Shown: positions 46,376 to 55,141 of the stretch, piece after piece
Layout: every line of letters starts with the position of its first letter
How positions within the stretch are numbered: position 1 is the first letter of the stretch
Origin: Candidatus Saccharibacteria bacterium UBA6664
GTDB taxonomy: Bacteria > Patescibacteriota > Saccharimonadia > Saccharimonadales > Saccharimonadaceae
Length of the DNA stretch: 64,000 nucleotides
NCBI GenBank assembly: GCA_002455275.1
Contig: DKKO01000006.1
Coordinates: 50,850-114,849, forward strand
Direction of reading: 5' to 3'
Notes under the pieces: model-generated
Told to the model about the DNA's origin: nothing
Databases searched by the model: none
Seen by the model: only the letters and a program-made list of their open reading frames with translations
Made by a program: the position numbers and the translations under genes

Positions 46376-46385
46376 GAGGCAGCTT

Positions 46386-46766
46386 ATGGCATACGAAGGC
46401 ACAAAACTAGCGGATTTTGAACCGCGAGAAGGCGTGAAAGAATTAGAAATTATCGACCTGGATGTTGGCACGGGTGAAGAAGTGCGCCCTGGCGCGACGA
46501 TTACGGCGCACTATACGGGAGCGCTGTGTAAAAACGGCATTATATTCCAAAGTAGCCATGATTTTGGCAAGGCAATTACATTCCCGCTAAATGGCGTAAT
46601 AGCTGGCTGGACGCAAGGTGTGCCTGGTATGAAAGTTGGCGGTACACGCCGGCTAATCATCCCAGCCGAAATGGCCTACGGCTCTAGCAGCCCCGCGAAA
46701 AACATCCCCGCGAATAGCGATTTAGTATTTGATATTGATTTGATGGAAATACCAAAGAACGGCTAA
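46386..46766 (+). CDS. FKBP-type peptidyl-prolyl cis-trans isomerase
   Basis: Start at ATG 46386 behind SD AGGAGG. Motifs HYTGAL...G..FQSS, VIAGWTQGVPGMKVGGTRRLIIPAEMAYG. Confidence 0.88.
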   Translation: MAYEGTKLADFEPREGVKELEIIDLDVGTGEEVRPGATITAHYTGALCKNGIIFQSSHDFGKAITFPLNGVIAGWTQGVPGMKVGGTRRLIIPAEMAYGSSSPAKNIPANSDLVFDIDLMEIPKNG

Positions 46767-46768
46767 AT

Positions 46769-47713
46769 ATGAGCATTGAGCGCCTAGATTACGACGGCGA
46801 CATTCGGCCAGTTTTAGAACGCGTATGCGATGCATATCAACTTGGTAAATTAGAGGCGTATGAACTAATCGAAGTTGGATTCGAAGACTACAACGTGAAA
46901 ATTCATGCTTCAAAAGGCAATGTAGTGGCAAAGATTTTTTCTAAACAACGTGACGAAGCTGAAATTCGCAGAAATGTTGCGATACTGGAAGCACTCGATT
47001 CAAGTGATGTTGGCCACCCGAGATTGCACCATCAATCGAACGGAGAAATCTACTACGCAGACCCGAGCGGTCTAGGAATGGTAGTGATGGATTACATAGA
47101 CGGTACAACTTTCTATGAAACGCGTGGAGTACCAACGCCGCAACAACTGAAGCTGATTGCGAGCGAGGCAGTGAAGATAAATAAGTTAAAAATTGAACCT
47201 GAATTTATTTTCGACAAGTGGGCAATTCCTAACATTCATTGGATGTATGAAAAAATTAAAAGCGAAATACCAGCGAATATGGTAGATATTTTAGAAAATG
47301 TACTGAAACGCTATGACAAAATAGATACTAAAATGCTGCCCACATGTTTTGTACACGGAGACATTATTAAAACAAACGTGATTATGGGTGAAGACGATAA
47401 GCCATATATCATTGATTTTTCTGTTTCCAACATTTACCCAAAAATTCAAGAAGTAGCGGTTATGGCTGCAAACTTATTGGCTGATGATAGCACTACTTTG
47501 GAATCTCGTGTCAAAGCAAGTATTGCAGCGTATATAAATGCCGGCGGAGAGCTGAATGATTATGAGCAAGGTGTTGCATATGACTATTCACTCGCTGGAG
47601 TAGCAATTGAATATATGGGCAGTATATACGAGCGAATTTACAATAATGAAGAAGGTGACGAAGTAGACTATTGGCAAAGTCTTGCTGAACATACGTTGAT
47701 TGAGGCTGTATGA
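46769..47713 (+). CDS. Phosphotransferase-family kinase (APH / homoserine kinase II-like)
   Basis: Catalytic loop FVHGDIIKTNVIM and IIDFSVS (DFG-like). Confidence 0.75.
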   Translation: MSIERLDYDGDIRPVLERVCDAYQLGKLEAYELIEVGFEDYNVKIHASKGNVVAKIFSKQRDEAEIRRNVAILEALDSSDVGHPRLHHQSNGEIYYADPSGLGMVVMDYIDGTTFYETRGVPTPQQLKLIASEAVKINKLKIEPEFIFDKWAIPNIHWMYEKIKSEIPANMVDILENVLKRYDKIDTKMLPTCFVHGDIIKTNVIMGEDDKPYIIDFSVSNIYPKIQEVAVMAANLLADDSTTLESRVKASIAAYINAGGELNDYEQGVAYDYSLAGVAIEYMGSIYERIYNNEEGDEVDYWQSLAEHTLIEAV

Positions 47714-48228
47714 AAATTATTAAAGGTGATGTGAGCTGGACAGATACATACGCTGAATTTTGTCAGCCGATTTATCAAGATGCCTATGCTGCGCCAGGGT
47801 TGGGTATACCCGCTGAACTATTTTCAAAAGAAGAGTTTGAAGACGAAAGTACTATGGTGTATTTTCGTAATTTTTTCGAAAACAACACCACTTGGCTGGC
47901 GCTGGATGACGACGGAACTTTGCTTGGCGGAATCGGCGCGAGCGATACCGACCCGGTGCATCTTTCGGGATTTTACGTAGCCGTTGATAAACAGGGCAAG
48001 GGGATTGGCCGCGAACTGTTCAATAAAGTGCTCGAATTTGCCGCTGGTCGCGAGATTGAACTAGACGTAATGCGCCACCGCACACAAGCGATAGAAATGT
48101 ATGAACACCTGGGTTTTGAGATAGACAAAACTGCACCACCACGAATTTACGGCTGGCAATACCCAAGCGAGGAGGGCAGGCTGAACGGCTCTGGCGTGAT
48201 AATGCGTCGAAAAGCTGAAAAGGCTTGA
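47710..48228 (+). CDS. GNAT family N-acetyltransferase
   Basis: Acetyl-CoA motif VAVDKQGKGIGRELF. ATGA overlap with the kinase gene. Confidence 0.8.
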   Translation: MKIIKGDVSWTDTYAEFCQPIYQDAYAAPGLGIPAELFSKEEFEDESTMVYFRNFFENNTTWLALDDDGTLLGGIGASDTDPVHLSGFYVAVDKQGKGIGRELFNKVLEFAAGREIELDVMRHRTQAIEMYEHLGFEIDKTAPPRIYGWQYPSEEGRLNGSGVIMRRKAEKA

Positions 48229-48372
48229 TTGTCTAGCTTGACACAATTTAGTACACTGTAGGTAAGCACGTAAGTCCGCACCCACAGCGAGGCCTGCCCC
48301 AAGGGAAAAACTCGCCACCGGCACTGCGTAACATTTGGGGACTTTTATTAACAATTAATAGGAGTTCTTACA

Positions 48373-48546
48373 ATGTCTAAATCGACAAAAGAAGAGCAAG
48401 AACAGATGGGTAAGGAATGGTATGAGCTTACTCACAAGAACTGGCGTGCCTGGGGCAGCTGGTTCAGCTGGGGTTCACCAGTAGGATTGGGACTGTTTTT
48501 TATCGAAACAGCCGCAGCCATCTGGATACTCGCCCAAGTGTTCTAG
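48373..48546 (+). CDS. 57-aa Trp-rich small membrane protein (below the ORF-track cutoff)
   Basis: SD TAGGAG at 48359-64, ATG 48373, TAG 48544-46. Sequence MSKSTKEEQEQMGKEWYELTHKNWRAWGSWFSWGSPVGLGLFFIETAAAIWILAQVF. A strong terminator follows. Confidence 0.5.
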   Translation: MSKSTKEEQEQMGKEWYELTHKNWRAWGSWFSWGSPVGLGLFFIETAAAIWILAQVF

Positions 48547-48552
48547 CGAAAT

Positions 48553-48578
48553 AACACCCGGTAAGTACGCCGGGTGTT
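48553..48578 (+). terminator. Intrinsic terminator
   Basis: 9-bp stem AACACCCGG / CCGGGTGTT, an 8-nt loop, then ATTTTAA. Confidence 0.75.
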
Positions 48579-48615
48579 ATTTTAATGAAAAGAGTTCCTG
48601 CGCTATACTAATAGC

Positions 48616-49251
48616 ATGAAATTACTACTGACATCTAGCGGACTTTCAAAGCGAGCAATTGGTGAAGCTTTGCAACAAATGGTAGGCAAGCCAGCAAGCG
48701 ACTGCAAGGTAGGCTTTGTGCCAACAGCCGCTAACGTAGAGCCATACAATAAAACATGGCTGATTGCTCAGTTTCAGCAACTGCAACGCTACGGTTTTTA
48801 CGATATAGACATAGTAGACATTAGTGCTGCTGGCGTAGATTGGCGCGGCCGATTGGCTGATGTGGACGTGCTGTGGTTGAGCGGAGGCAATACGTTTCAC
48901 TTGTTGGATCAGGTGCGAAAAACCGGCTTTGATAAGTGGCTGAAAGAAAATATCGAAAGCAAAGTATTTGTGGGCGGCAGTGCAAGTACGATGGTTATGA
49001 CACCAAGTATAGAGATTGCGCTACCGATAGACGATAATTCTATGGGTTTGACTGATTTGTCTGGCTTGGGCTATGTAGACTTTGAAATAAATGTGCACTG
49101 CGACGAAGCAGGGCTGAATGCTACAGAGGAATACGCAAAAAACAGGCCGAACGATGTGTATGCGCTCGATGATCTAAGCGCGTTAAAGATAATTGACGGT
49201 GATGTAGAGGTAATATCTGGCGGTAGCTGGAGACTCTACAAAAAGCAGTAA
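48616..49251 (+). CDS. Peptidase S51 (dipeptidase E-like) family protein
   Basis: MKLLLTSSGL..., LWLSGGNTFHLL, GGSASTMV. TATACT at 48604-09 is followed by 6 nt and then the ATG. Confidence 0.75.
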   Translation: MKLLLTSSGLSKRAIGEALQQMVGKPASDCKVGFVPTAANVEPYNKTWLIAQFQQLQRYGFYDIDIVDISAAGVDWRGRLADVDVLWLSGGNTFHLLDQVRKTGFDKWLKENIESKVFVGGSASTMVMTPSIEIALPIDDNSMGLTDLSGLGYVDFEINVHCDEAGLNATEEYAKNRPNDVYALDDLSALKIIDGDVEVISGGSWRLYKKQ

Positions 49252-49583
49252 TGGCCTACGATACAACGCTTGAAGAACGAATCGACGAGGTAGTCGGCAG
49301 TTGGGGCTTAGACGTGCCAAAACGTAAAATGTTTGGCGGGCTAGGCTATTTTATCAATCGTAATATGGCATTTGGCATAAAAACAGACGAGCTGATAGTA
49401 AAAGCGGCTGAACTTACCGTAGAAAAATTGCTGCAAGAGCCTGGGCTAGACTACTTTACCTATGGTGGGAAAAGTATGAAAAGTTGGTTGCAAGCTGAGG
49501 CGGATGTACTTGATGAAGATAACTTGAAGCGACTTCTAGAGATAAGTCGTGACTACACGCTAACATTGCCACCAAAACCTTAG
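49251..49583 (+). CDS. TfoX N-terminal domain protein
   Basis: 110 aa. KRKMFGGLGYFINRNMAFGI is typical of the TfoX/Sxy N-domain. Confidence 0.7.
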   Translation: MAYDTTLEERIDEVVGSWGLDVPKRKMFGGLGYFINRNMAFGIKTDELIVKAAELTVEKLLQEPGLDYFTYGGKSMKSWLQAEADVLDEDNLKRLLEISRDYTLTLPPKP

Positions 49584-49624
49584 ACATCATATTTTTGACA
49601 AATATGTGGTAGAATTGCTAAATA

Positions 49625-50092
49625 ATGACAAAAGAAACTGGTGAAGAGCTTTTGGTGGGAGTCGAGAGCGCGCTTTTAGATACCATGGAGGCGCATGATA
49701 AGTTGTGTCGTGACTTGGGCTTTTTACTTTTTGATACCGTAAAGGTTCGGAAATCAAGACCAATAAACGATAGTGAAGTGCTTACAGTGGTGGACAATTT
49801 GGCTTTTCAATTCTCGACACTTGTAGAGGTAATGAGAAGCCATGACTTTAGTTTTGATGACGGCATGGTGGCAAAAGTATGGTCTGACGATATAACAAAA
49901 CTACGTGAAGTGATGCGCGTGCTGCTACAAAAAGAGCTTGAGGGCACGCAGACCGCTGACGTTGCGTCTGTCTTAGGAATTCTCACGAACATCGAAAACG
50001 ACTCGGAAGACAAGATAGAATCAATAGAAATAGCGTACAAACAGAATCTTGAGCATGATATTGGGCTTTTCTCGGAGCAACTAAGACAATAG
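49625..50092 (+). CDS. Hypothetical 155-aa acidic helical protein
   Basis: Clean ORF. Extended -10 TGGTAGAAT at 49607-15. No motif recognised. Confidence 0.55.
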   Translation: MTKETGEELLVGVESALLDTMEAHDKLCRDLGFLLFDTVKVRKSRPINDSEVLTVVDNLAFQFSTLVEVMRSHDFSFDDGMVAKVWSDDITKLREVMRVLLQKELEGTQTADVASVLGILTNIENDSEDKIESIEIAYKQNLEHDIGLFSEQLRQ

Positions 50093-50096
50093 GCGT

Positions 50097-50717
50097 ATGG
50101 CTGAAATACTGGTAATGCGGCACGGTCAGACCGATGGCAACAAAAAGAAGGTACTGAATCAAGCGCCTTGCCCAGGGCTAAATGAAGCAGGCAGACAGGA
50201 AGTCTTTGATAAAGCTTTTACCATGGAAGATATACATCGGATCTGGACAAGCTTTATGTGGCGAGCACGCCAAACAGCCGAGATAGCAGGGAAGCTTCAT
50301 GGTGTAACACCTGAAATTATGACAGGACTACACGAACGCCATCTTGGGATACTGGAAAATATGTCTGTCGAGCAAATCGATGCACTTAAGATTGTAGGCA
50401 AAGAAGACATAATTCATGCAAAAAACGGTACACGCTATGTGGAAGGTAAGTATGGGGCGGAGTCATTCGACGCTACCGTGGGACGAACCGGTAGAGCCTT
50501 GAAGATAATTCGTCGCAAACTAAAACTTGGCCAAAGAGGTTTGATAGTAACGCATGGTGATGCCGGCCTGGCGCTTTGCGCGGCTGCATCGGGCGTGCCA
50601 ATGCGAGAGGTGATAGATGTATTTCACTTTGAAAACGCGGGCGTTGCTACCATCGATGACGCAGGCAATGTTTCGTACGAGGGCATGCCGGTGCTCGAAA
50701 GTCGCCGTAGCAACTAG
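50097..50717 (+). CDS. Histidine phosphatase (phosphoglycerate mutase-like) family protein
   Basis: RHG motif LVMRHGQTDGN and distal VTHGDAG. Confidence 0.8.
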   Translation: MAEILVMRHGQTDGNKKKVLNQAPCPGLNEAGRQEVFDKAFTMEDIHRIWTSFMWRARQTAEIAGKLHGVTPEIMTGLHERHLGILENMSVEQIDALKIVGKEDIIHAKNGTRYVEGKYGAESFDATVGRTGRALKIIRRKLKLGQRGLIVTHGDAGLALCAAASGVPMREVIDVFHFENAGVATIDDAGNVSYEGMPVLESRRSN

Positions 50718-50755
50718 CCCAGATGCTATACTAGGTGTAGTAAACGGGGGAACAA

Positions 50756-51376
50756 ATGACGAAACAGCAACAATTTCAGCTGGTAGAATGGATGCTTGCT
50801 TTGCTGGTGACAGCGCTAAGCTTTTTTGTATGGTTTAGCGTGCGAGGTGATGGCAATTTGAGTATATATGATGTATTTCCACCTCTAGGTCTGATTGCGT
50901 TCGGGCTGATGTGGACACACTACATTGGTGGTGCATTGCGACGAATGTGGGGGATAAAGAAGCAGAGCAACGATGTGTATTGGAGTGTTTCTACCGGCGC
51001 CGTGTTGGTATTGATAATAGCACACCCATTGCTGCTGAACTACGGGTTGATACAAGATGGCCTGGGGCTACCACCGGCAAGCTATTCGGCTGCATACCCA
51101 GGCAAGGAAGCAATATTACTACTTGGAACGCTATCGCTTTTCGCATTTTTGGCCTTCGAGCTGCGCCGATGGTATGGCACTCGAAACTGGTGGCATATTG
51201 TAGATAAAATTCAGCTTGTTGCAATGGCAGCAATATTTACGCACGCACTAATACTAGGCAGGGAACTGACGGTAGGATGGTTTCAGGTGGTGTGGTGGCT
51301 GTACGGAATTAGCCTGGTAGCGGCTGTGACATATAGCTACTGGTATGATAAGCAAACAAACGCGAAGGAGGCATAG
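50756..51376 (+). CDS. Polytopic membrane protein with four intramembrane His (possible b-type haem / ferric-reductase-like domain)
   Basis: About 6 TM. His residues in WTHYIGG, IIAHPLL, WWHIVD and FTHALIL. The function is an inference. Confidence 0.45.
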   Translation: MTKQQQFQLVEWMLALLVTALSFFVWFSVRGDGNLSIYDVFPPLGLIAFGLMWTHYIGGALRRMWGIKKQSNDVYWSVSTGAVLVLIIAHPLLLNYGLIQDGLGLPPASYSAAYPGKEAILLLGTLSLFAFLAFELRRWYGTRNWWHIVDKIQLVAMAAIFTHALILGRELTVGWFQVVWWLYGISLVAAVTYSYWYDKQTNAKEA

Positions 51377-51377
51377 C

Positions 51378-51839
51378 ATGGAAGAGAATAATTCGAACTC
51401 AATAAAATTCGTGGTACTAATGGTGGCGGCAGTGCTGCTGATTGTGGTGGGTGGACTCGCCTGGATGGTGTTTGGGCAGAAAGATAACGATGCCGATGAC
51501 ACAGGTGGCTCAAGCGCAACAAACAAGACAAGCTCGAATGATAGTGATTCACAATCGGTGGTCGCGGCTGAGAGCGTAGAGATTGTATTTACCGACGATG
51601 GCTTTGACAAAAGCAGCTACGGTGTTAAAAGTGGAGGTGAGGTAACGGTGAAGAACAATTCATCGGGGGATCTGCAATTTTCGTCTGACGACCACCCAAC
51701 ACATCTTGACGACACAGAACTCAACCTAGAGGTCTTAGCGGCAGGTGAAAGCATCACTTTTTCACCAGAAACCACGGGCACATGGGGAGTACACGACCAT
51801 TTGCACGACCAATTCACCACAACTCTCGTTGTGAAATAG
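51378..51839 (+). CDS. Membrane-anchored cupredoxin-like domain protein
   Basis: Start at ATG 51378 (MEENNSNS...). One TM, a Ser/Asp linker, and a C-terminal beta-sandwich-like segment with His cluster DDHPTH...WGVHDHLHDQ. Confidence 0.55.
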   Translation: MEENNSNSIKFVVLMVAAVLLIVVGGLAWMVFGQKDNDADDTGGSSATNKTSSNDSDSQSVVAAESVEIVFTDDGFDKSSYGVKSGGEVTVKNNSSGDLQFSSDDHPTHLDDTELNLEVLAAGESITFSPETTGTWGVHDHLHDQFTTTLVVK

Positions 51840-51884
51840 CCAAATTTGCTACAATAGATTTATACAAAAACGGAGGGAAGTGCT

Positions 51885-54128
51885 GTGTTAGGAAAGTTTG
51901 AAGGCGCACCGAAATGGCTGCGAATATTGATACCGACAGCGTTGATAGTTGTTTGGTTTGGCGTGTCGGCTGTCGGCGGCCCATACTTCGGTAAGATTGA
52001 GGAAGTTGCCGATAATGGTTTTGCTGGATTTTTGCCAAAGAGTGCTGAATCAACGAAAGTTAATAAGCAGCTCGAAAAGTTTCAGGACGACACCACGCTA
52101 CCTGCGATTGTTTTGTTTCATAGCGATAAAAAGTTTAGCAAAGCAGATGTAAGCACAATTGATAAAACCGCAGAAGAACTTGAATGTGCGGAAGGCATAA
52201 GCGAGGATCCAAGTCCAGCCGTACTTTCTGAGGATGGCAAGGCGGTGCTGGTCGCAGTACCTGTCGACTCAGGCTCCGAGCTAGAACTTGTGACGGCAAA
52301 CATCGAAAGGATATATAGTGAAGTTGACATAGAAGGTGCAAGCTTTCATGTTACTGGCCCGGCCGCGTTTGCTGCTGGTTTGAACAAGGCATTTGCTGGA
52401 ATCGACGGGATACTGCTGCTTACTGCGCTTGCTGTTGTGTTTGTGATTCTAATTGTGGTATATCGCTCGGTTCTATTACCAATCATCGTGCTATTAACCA
52501 GCATCTTTGCACTAAGCGCCAGCATCATGCTGGTGTGGTGGCTAGCTAAAAACGATATTGTGTCGTTGAACGGCCAGGTACAAGGCATACTGTTTATATT
52601 AGTAATCGGCGCGGCGACTGACTATTCTCTACTTTTCGTGTCGCGCTTCAGAGAATCATTATACGAAAACGCCAGCAAACTTCACGCAATTGCGGAATCT
52701 TACAAGGGCGCGTTTGAACCAATTATCGCTAGTGGGGGAACGGTCATTGTAGGCTTGATGTGCTTGTTGCTATCTGACCTAGAATCGAACAAAGCACTTG
52801 CACCAGTGGGTTCTATCGGCGTGGCATTCGCGATGATATCTGCGCTAACATTTTTGCCTGCAGTGCTGTATGCGTTTGGTAGAGGAAGTTTTTGGCCATT
52901 TATGCCAAGCACTGAGCCAAAGCAAGTTAAGAAGCACAAAGAACGACTTGCTAAAGGTCTATGGCACAAAGTAGGTAATTTAGTGCAAACGCACGGTCGT
53001 GCAGCCTGGATTGCAAGTACTGTCGCGTTGCTTGTGCTCGCCATGTTCTCGACGCAGTTAAAAGCGGATGGCGTGGAGCAGAGCGATTTGATACTAGGAC
53101 AATCTGATGCACGTGATGGGCAAGAAATTTTGAATGATCATTTCCCGGGTGGTTCGGGTAGCCCTGTGCAGATTGTGGCGCAGGATGATAACTGGGAAGA
53201 CGTCGTGAAATTGGTGGACGCCGACAAAGGCATTGATGGCATTGTGGCGGTAGCAATCAACAGCCCTAGCGGTACAATGCCTGTAGGCAAAGCAGCCGAT
53301 GAATTCATGAAAGAGTTTCGGGCAAAAGTTGAAGCTGAGGCAAATATTCCAAAGCAAACGCCAAACTACGAATTGATAATCGACTCGGCTGTCGATAATG
53401 CGAATCCATTTGGCGCATCGCAGGCAAGGTCGGAAGACGGGCAAATTTTACTGCAAGCAACACTTTTGAAGGAACCAGATAGTCAGTATTCAAAAGACAC
53501 CGTTGTGCGACTCCGCGACAAGCTTGACGATGTTTCGCGTGATGTATTAGTGGGCGGTCCGACCGCAATTCAACAAGATACAATTACGGCTTCTAAGCGA
53601 GATAGGGAAATAATCATCCCTACGGTGCTTATCGCAATAACCATCATCTTAATGGTGTTGTTACGCGCCGTAGTTGCACCACTGCTACTACTCGCAAGTA
53701 CTGTACTGTCTTTCGCGGCAACACTCGGCGTAGCCGCGCTGCTATTCAACGGAGTAATGAACTTTCCGGGCGCTGACCCGTCGGTTGTGCTATTTGGCTT
53801 TGTGTTCTTGGTAGCGCTTGGAATAGATTACAATATTTTTCTAATGACTCGCGTGAGAGAAGAGACCGTTAAGCATGGCACAGCAAAGGGCGTGATAAAA
53901 GGTTTGGTAGTTACCGGTAGTGTAATTACGAGTGCAGGTATTGTACTAGCAGCCACGTTTGCCGCATTGGGTGTGATACCAATTTTGTTCCTCTTCCAAA
54001 TCGCTTTCATTGTAGCATTCGGTGTGCTGCTCGACACATTTGTCGTGCGTTCGCTACTTGTACCGGCGCTCATTCGTGACATTGGACCATTTGTATGGTG
54101 GCCGTCGAAATTGAAAAGCAAGAAATAA
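51885..54128 (+). CDS. MMPL/RND-superfamily transporter
   Basis: 747 aa. Two 6-TM bundles, each followed by an ectodomain. GAATDYSLLFVSRFRE and LGIDYNIFLMTRVREE. SD GGAGGG 7 nt before the GTG start. Confidence 0.88.
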   Translation: MLGKFEGAPKWLRILIPTALIVVWFGVSAVGGPYFGKIEEVADNGFAGFLPKSAESTKVNKQLEKFQDDTTLPAIVLFHSDKKFSKADVSTIDKTAEELECAEGISEDPSPAVLSEDGKAVLVAVPVDSGSELELVTANIERIYSEVDIEGASFHVTGPAAFAAGLNKAFAGIDGILLLTALAVVFVILIVVYRSVLLPIIVLLTSIFALSASIMLVWWLAKNDIVSLNGQVQGILFILVIGAATDYSLLFVSRFRESLYENASKLHAIAESYKGAFEPIIASGGTVIVGLMCLLLSDLESNKALAPVGSIGVAFAMISALTFLPAVLYAFGRGSFWPFMPSTEPKQVKKHKERLAKGLWHKVGNLVQTHGRAAWIASTVALLVLAMFSTQLKADGVEQSDLILGQSDARDGQEILNDHFPGGSGSPVQIVAQDDNWEDVVKLVDADKGIDGIVAVAINSPSGTMPVGKAADEFMKEFRAKVEAEANIPKQTPNYELIIDSAVDNANPFGASQARSEDGQILLQATLLKEPDSQYSKDTVVRLRDKLDDVSRDVLVGGPTAIQQDTITASKRDREIIIPTVLIAITIILMVLLRAVVAPLLLLASTVLSFAATLGVAALLFNGVMNFPGADPSVVLFGFVFLVALGIDYNIFLMTRVREETVKHGTAKGVIKGLVVTGSVITSAGIVLAATFAALGVIPILFLFQIAFIVAFGVLLDTFVVRSLLVPALIRDIGPFVWWPSKLKSKK

Positions 54129-54148
54129 ATTGATACGCTAGGGAGACT

Positions 54149-55123
54149 ATGACTGATACGCAAACACCAACTGATATTTTCTTGTGGGCAAACCAAAATG
54201 ACGGCATAAAAAATGAGCTCGAGCTTGAACTATTTGTGTTCAATAAGAACTACACGCCGTATTCTATGAAGTTTTCAAAAGACCTAGAGCACCAGCTGCG
54301 CGCGATGTTTATTTACGATGTAATAAATACTATAAACTTTGGAGCAGGCACTGGCTTAAGCGTTCGCGACTACGAATTATCAGAGGCGGAAGATAATGTT
54401 TTACTACGAACGGAACTAGAGAAAGTTGAGCGTGCAAAAACGCTGATCAATTTACTTGAACACGAGCGGGGCACTATTGAACCATTTTCTGAAGGCGATC
54501 ACGAGTTCAAACGCATAAAGGGTGTGGCCCTACGTTGTACGAAAAGCGACGGCAGTGACGCGTTCTACATAGTGAAGGCAGTGCAGCAAAGCAACGTGCT
54601 TGCGGGCGCCGTGAGCTGGGAGCTAACCGGTGGTACATTGGCACCATTTAAAGCTGACGTTGGCGTAAAAATGCCAAACGACAACCAAGTGATGGTAGTA
54701 GGTAATGACATATTTATTTTCAACCAAGGCAAGTTTGAAAAACTATTCCAGTACGAATTCAAAAAGCAACTACTAGCAGACGAAAAGGTAGCGGAGATTG
54801 AAAAAGCCTACAAACTGAGCTTTCCTGAAGGACTGGATTTGCAAAGCTTGGTGCGTGAGCGACGTAAGATTGTAAACAAGTTGCAAAAACTTGAAGTCGG
54901 CGCAGTAACTCAAGAGCAGGCGATAGAGTATGCAGACACCATGGAGCTGGAGCTTATGAGTGACGAAAAGGACCAAATTATTATCATGGATGGCCGAGAT
55001 CTCGACATGTTTGTGAATTTGATCAATGAAGATTACATTACGAGTGAGCTAACAGGTAAGCGCTACGAGATTAAAAGCAAGAAACTACTGGGTGAGCCCG
55101 AGGGTGAACCTCCTCGTGGCTAG
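54149..55123 (+). CDS. DUF4868 (Kiwa KwaB-like) family candidate
   Basis: 324 aa, soluble, no catalytic motif. The overall length, the central block VVGNDIFIFNQGKFEKLFQYEF and the C-terminal block FVNLINEDYITSELTGKRYEIKSKK match my recollection of DUF4868 proteins. This needs HMM confirmation. Confidence 0.45.
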   Translation: MTDTQTPTDIFLWANQNDGIKNELELELFVFNKNYTPYSMKFSKDLEHQLRAMFIYDVINTINFGAGTGLSVRDYELSEAEDNVLLRTELEKVERAKTLINLLEHERGTIEPFSEGDHEFKRIKGVALRCTKSDGSDAFYIVKAVQQSNVLAGAVSWELTGGTLAPFKADVGVKMPNDNQVMVVGNDIFIFNQGKFEKLFQYEFKKQLLADEKVAEIEKAYKLSFPEGLDLQSLVRERRKIVNKLQKLEVGAVTQEQAIEYADTMELELMSDEKDQIIIMDGRDLDMFVNLINEDYITSELTGKRYEIKSKKLLGEPEGEPPRG

Positions 55124-55141
55124 TAGTCTATAATTAAATAG

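Noticed and set aside
48244-48372. Assigning the GC-rich leader to a known riboswitch class (preQ1-I, fluoride, guanidine-II/III)
   Set aside because: The CCC-CAA-GGG plus A-rich tract only superficially resembles preQ1-I, and its loop is too small. No crcB-type or ACGR-loop signatures are present. The downstream gene is not a typical regulated transporter. I reported it only as an unclassified structured leader.
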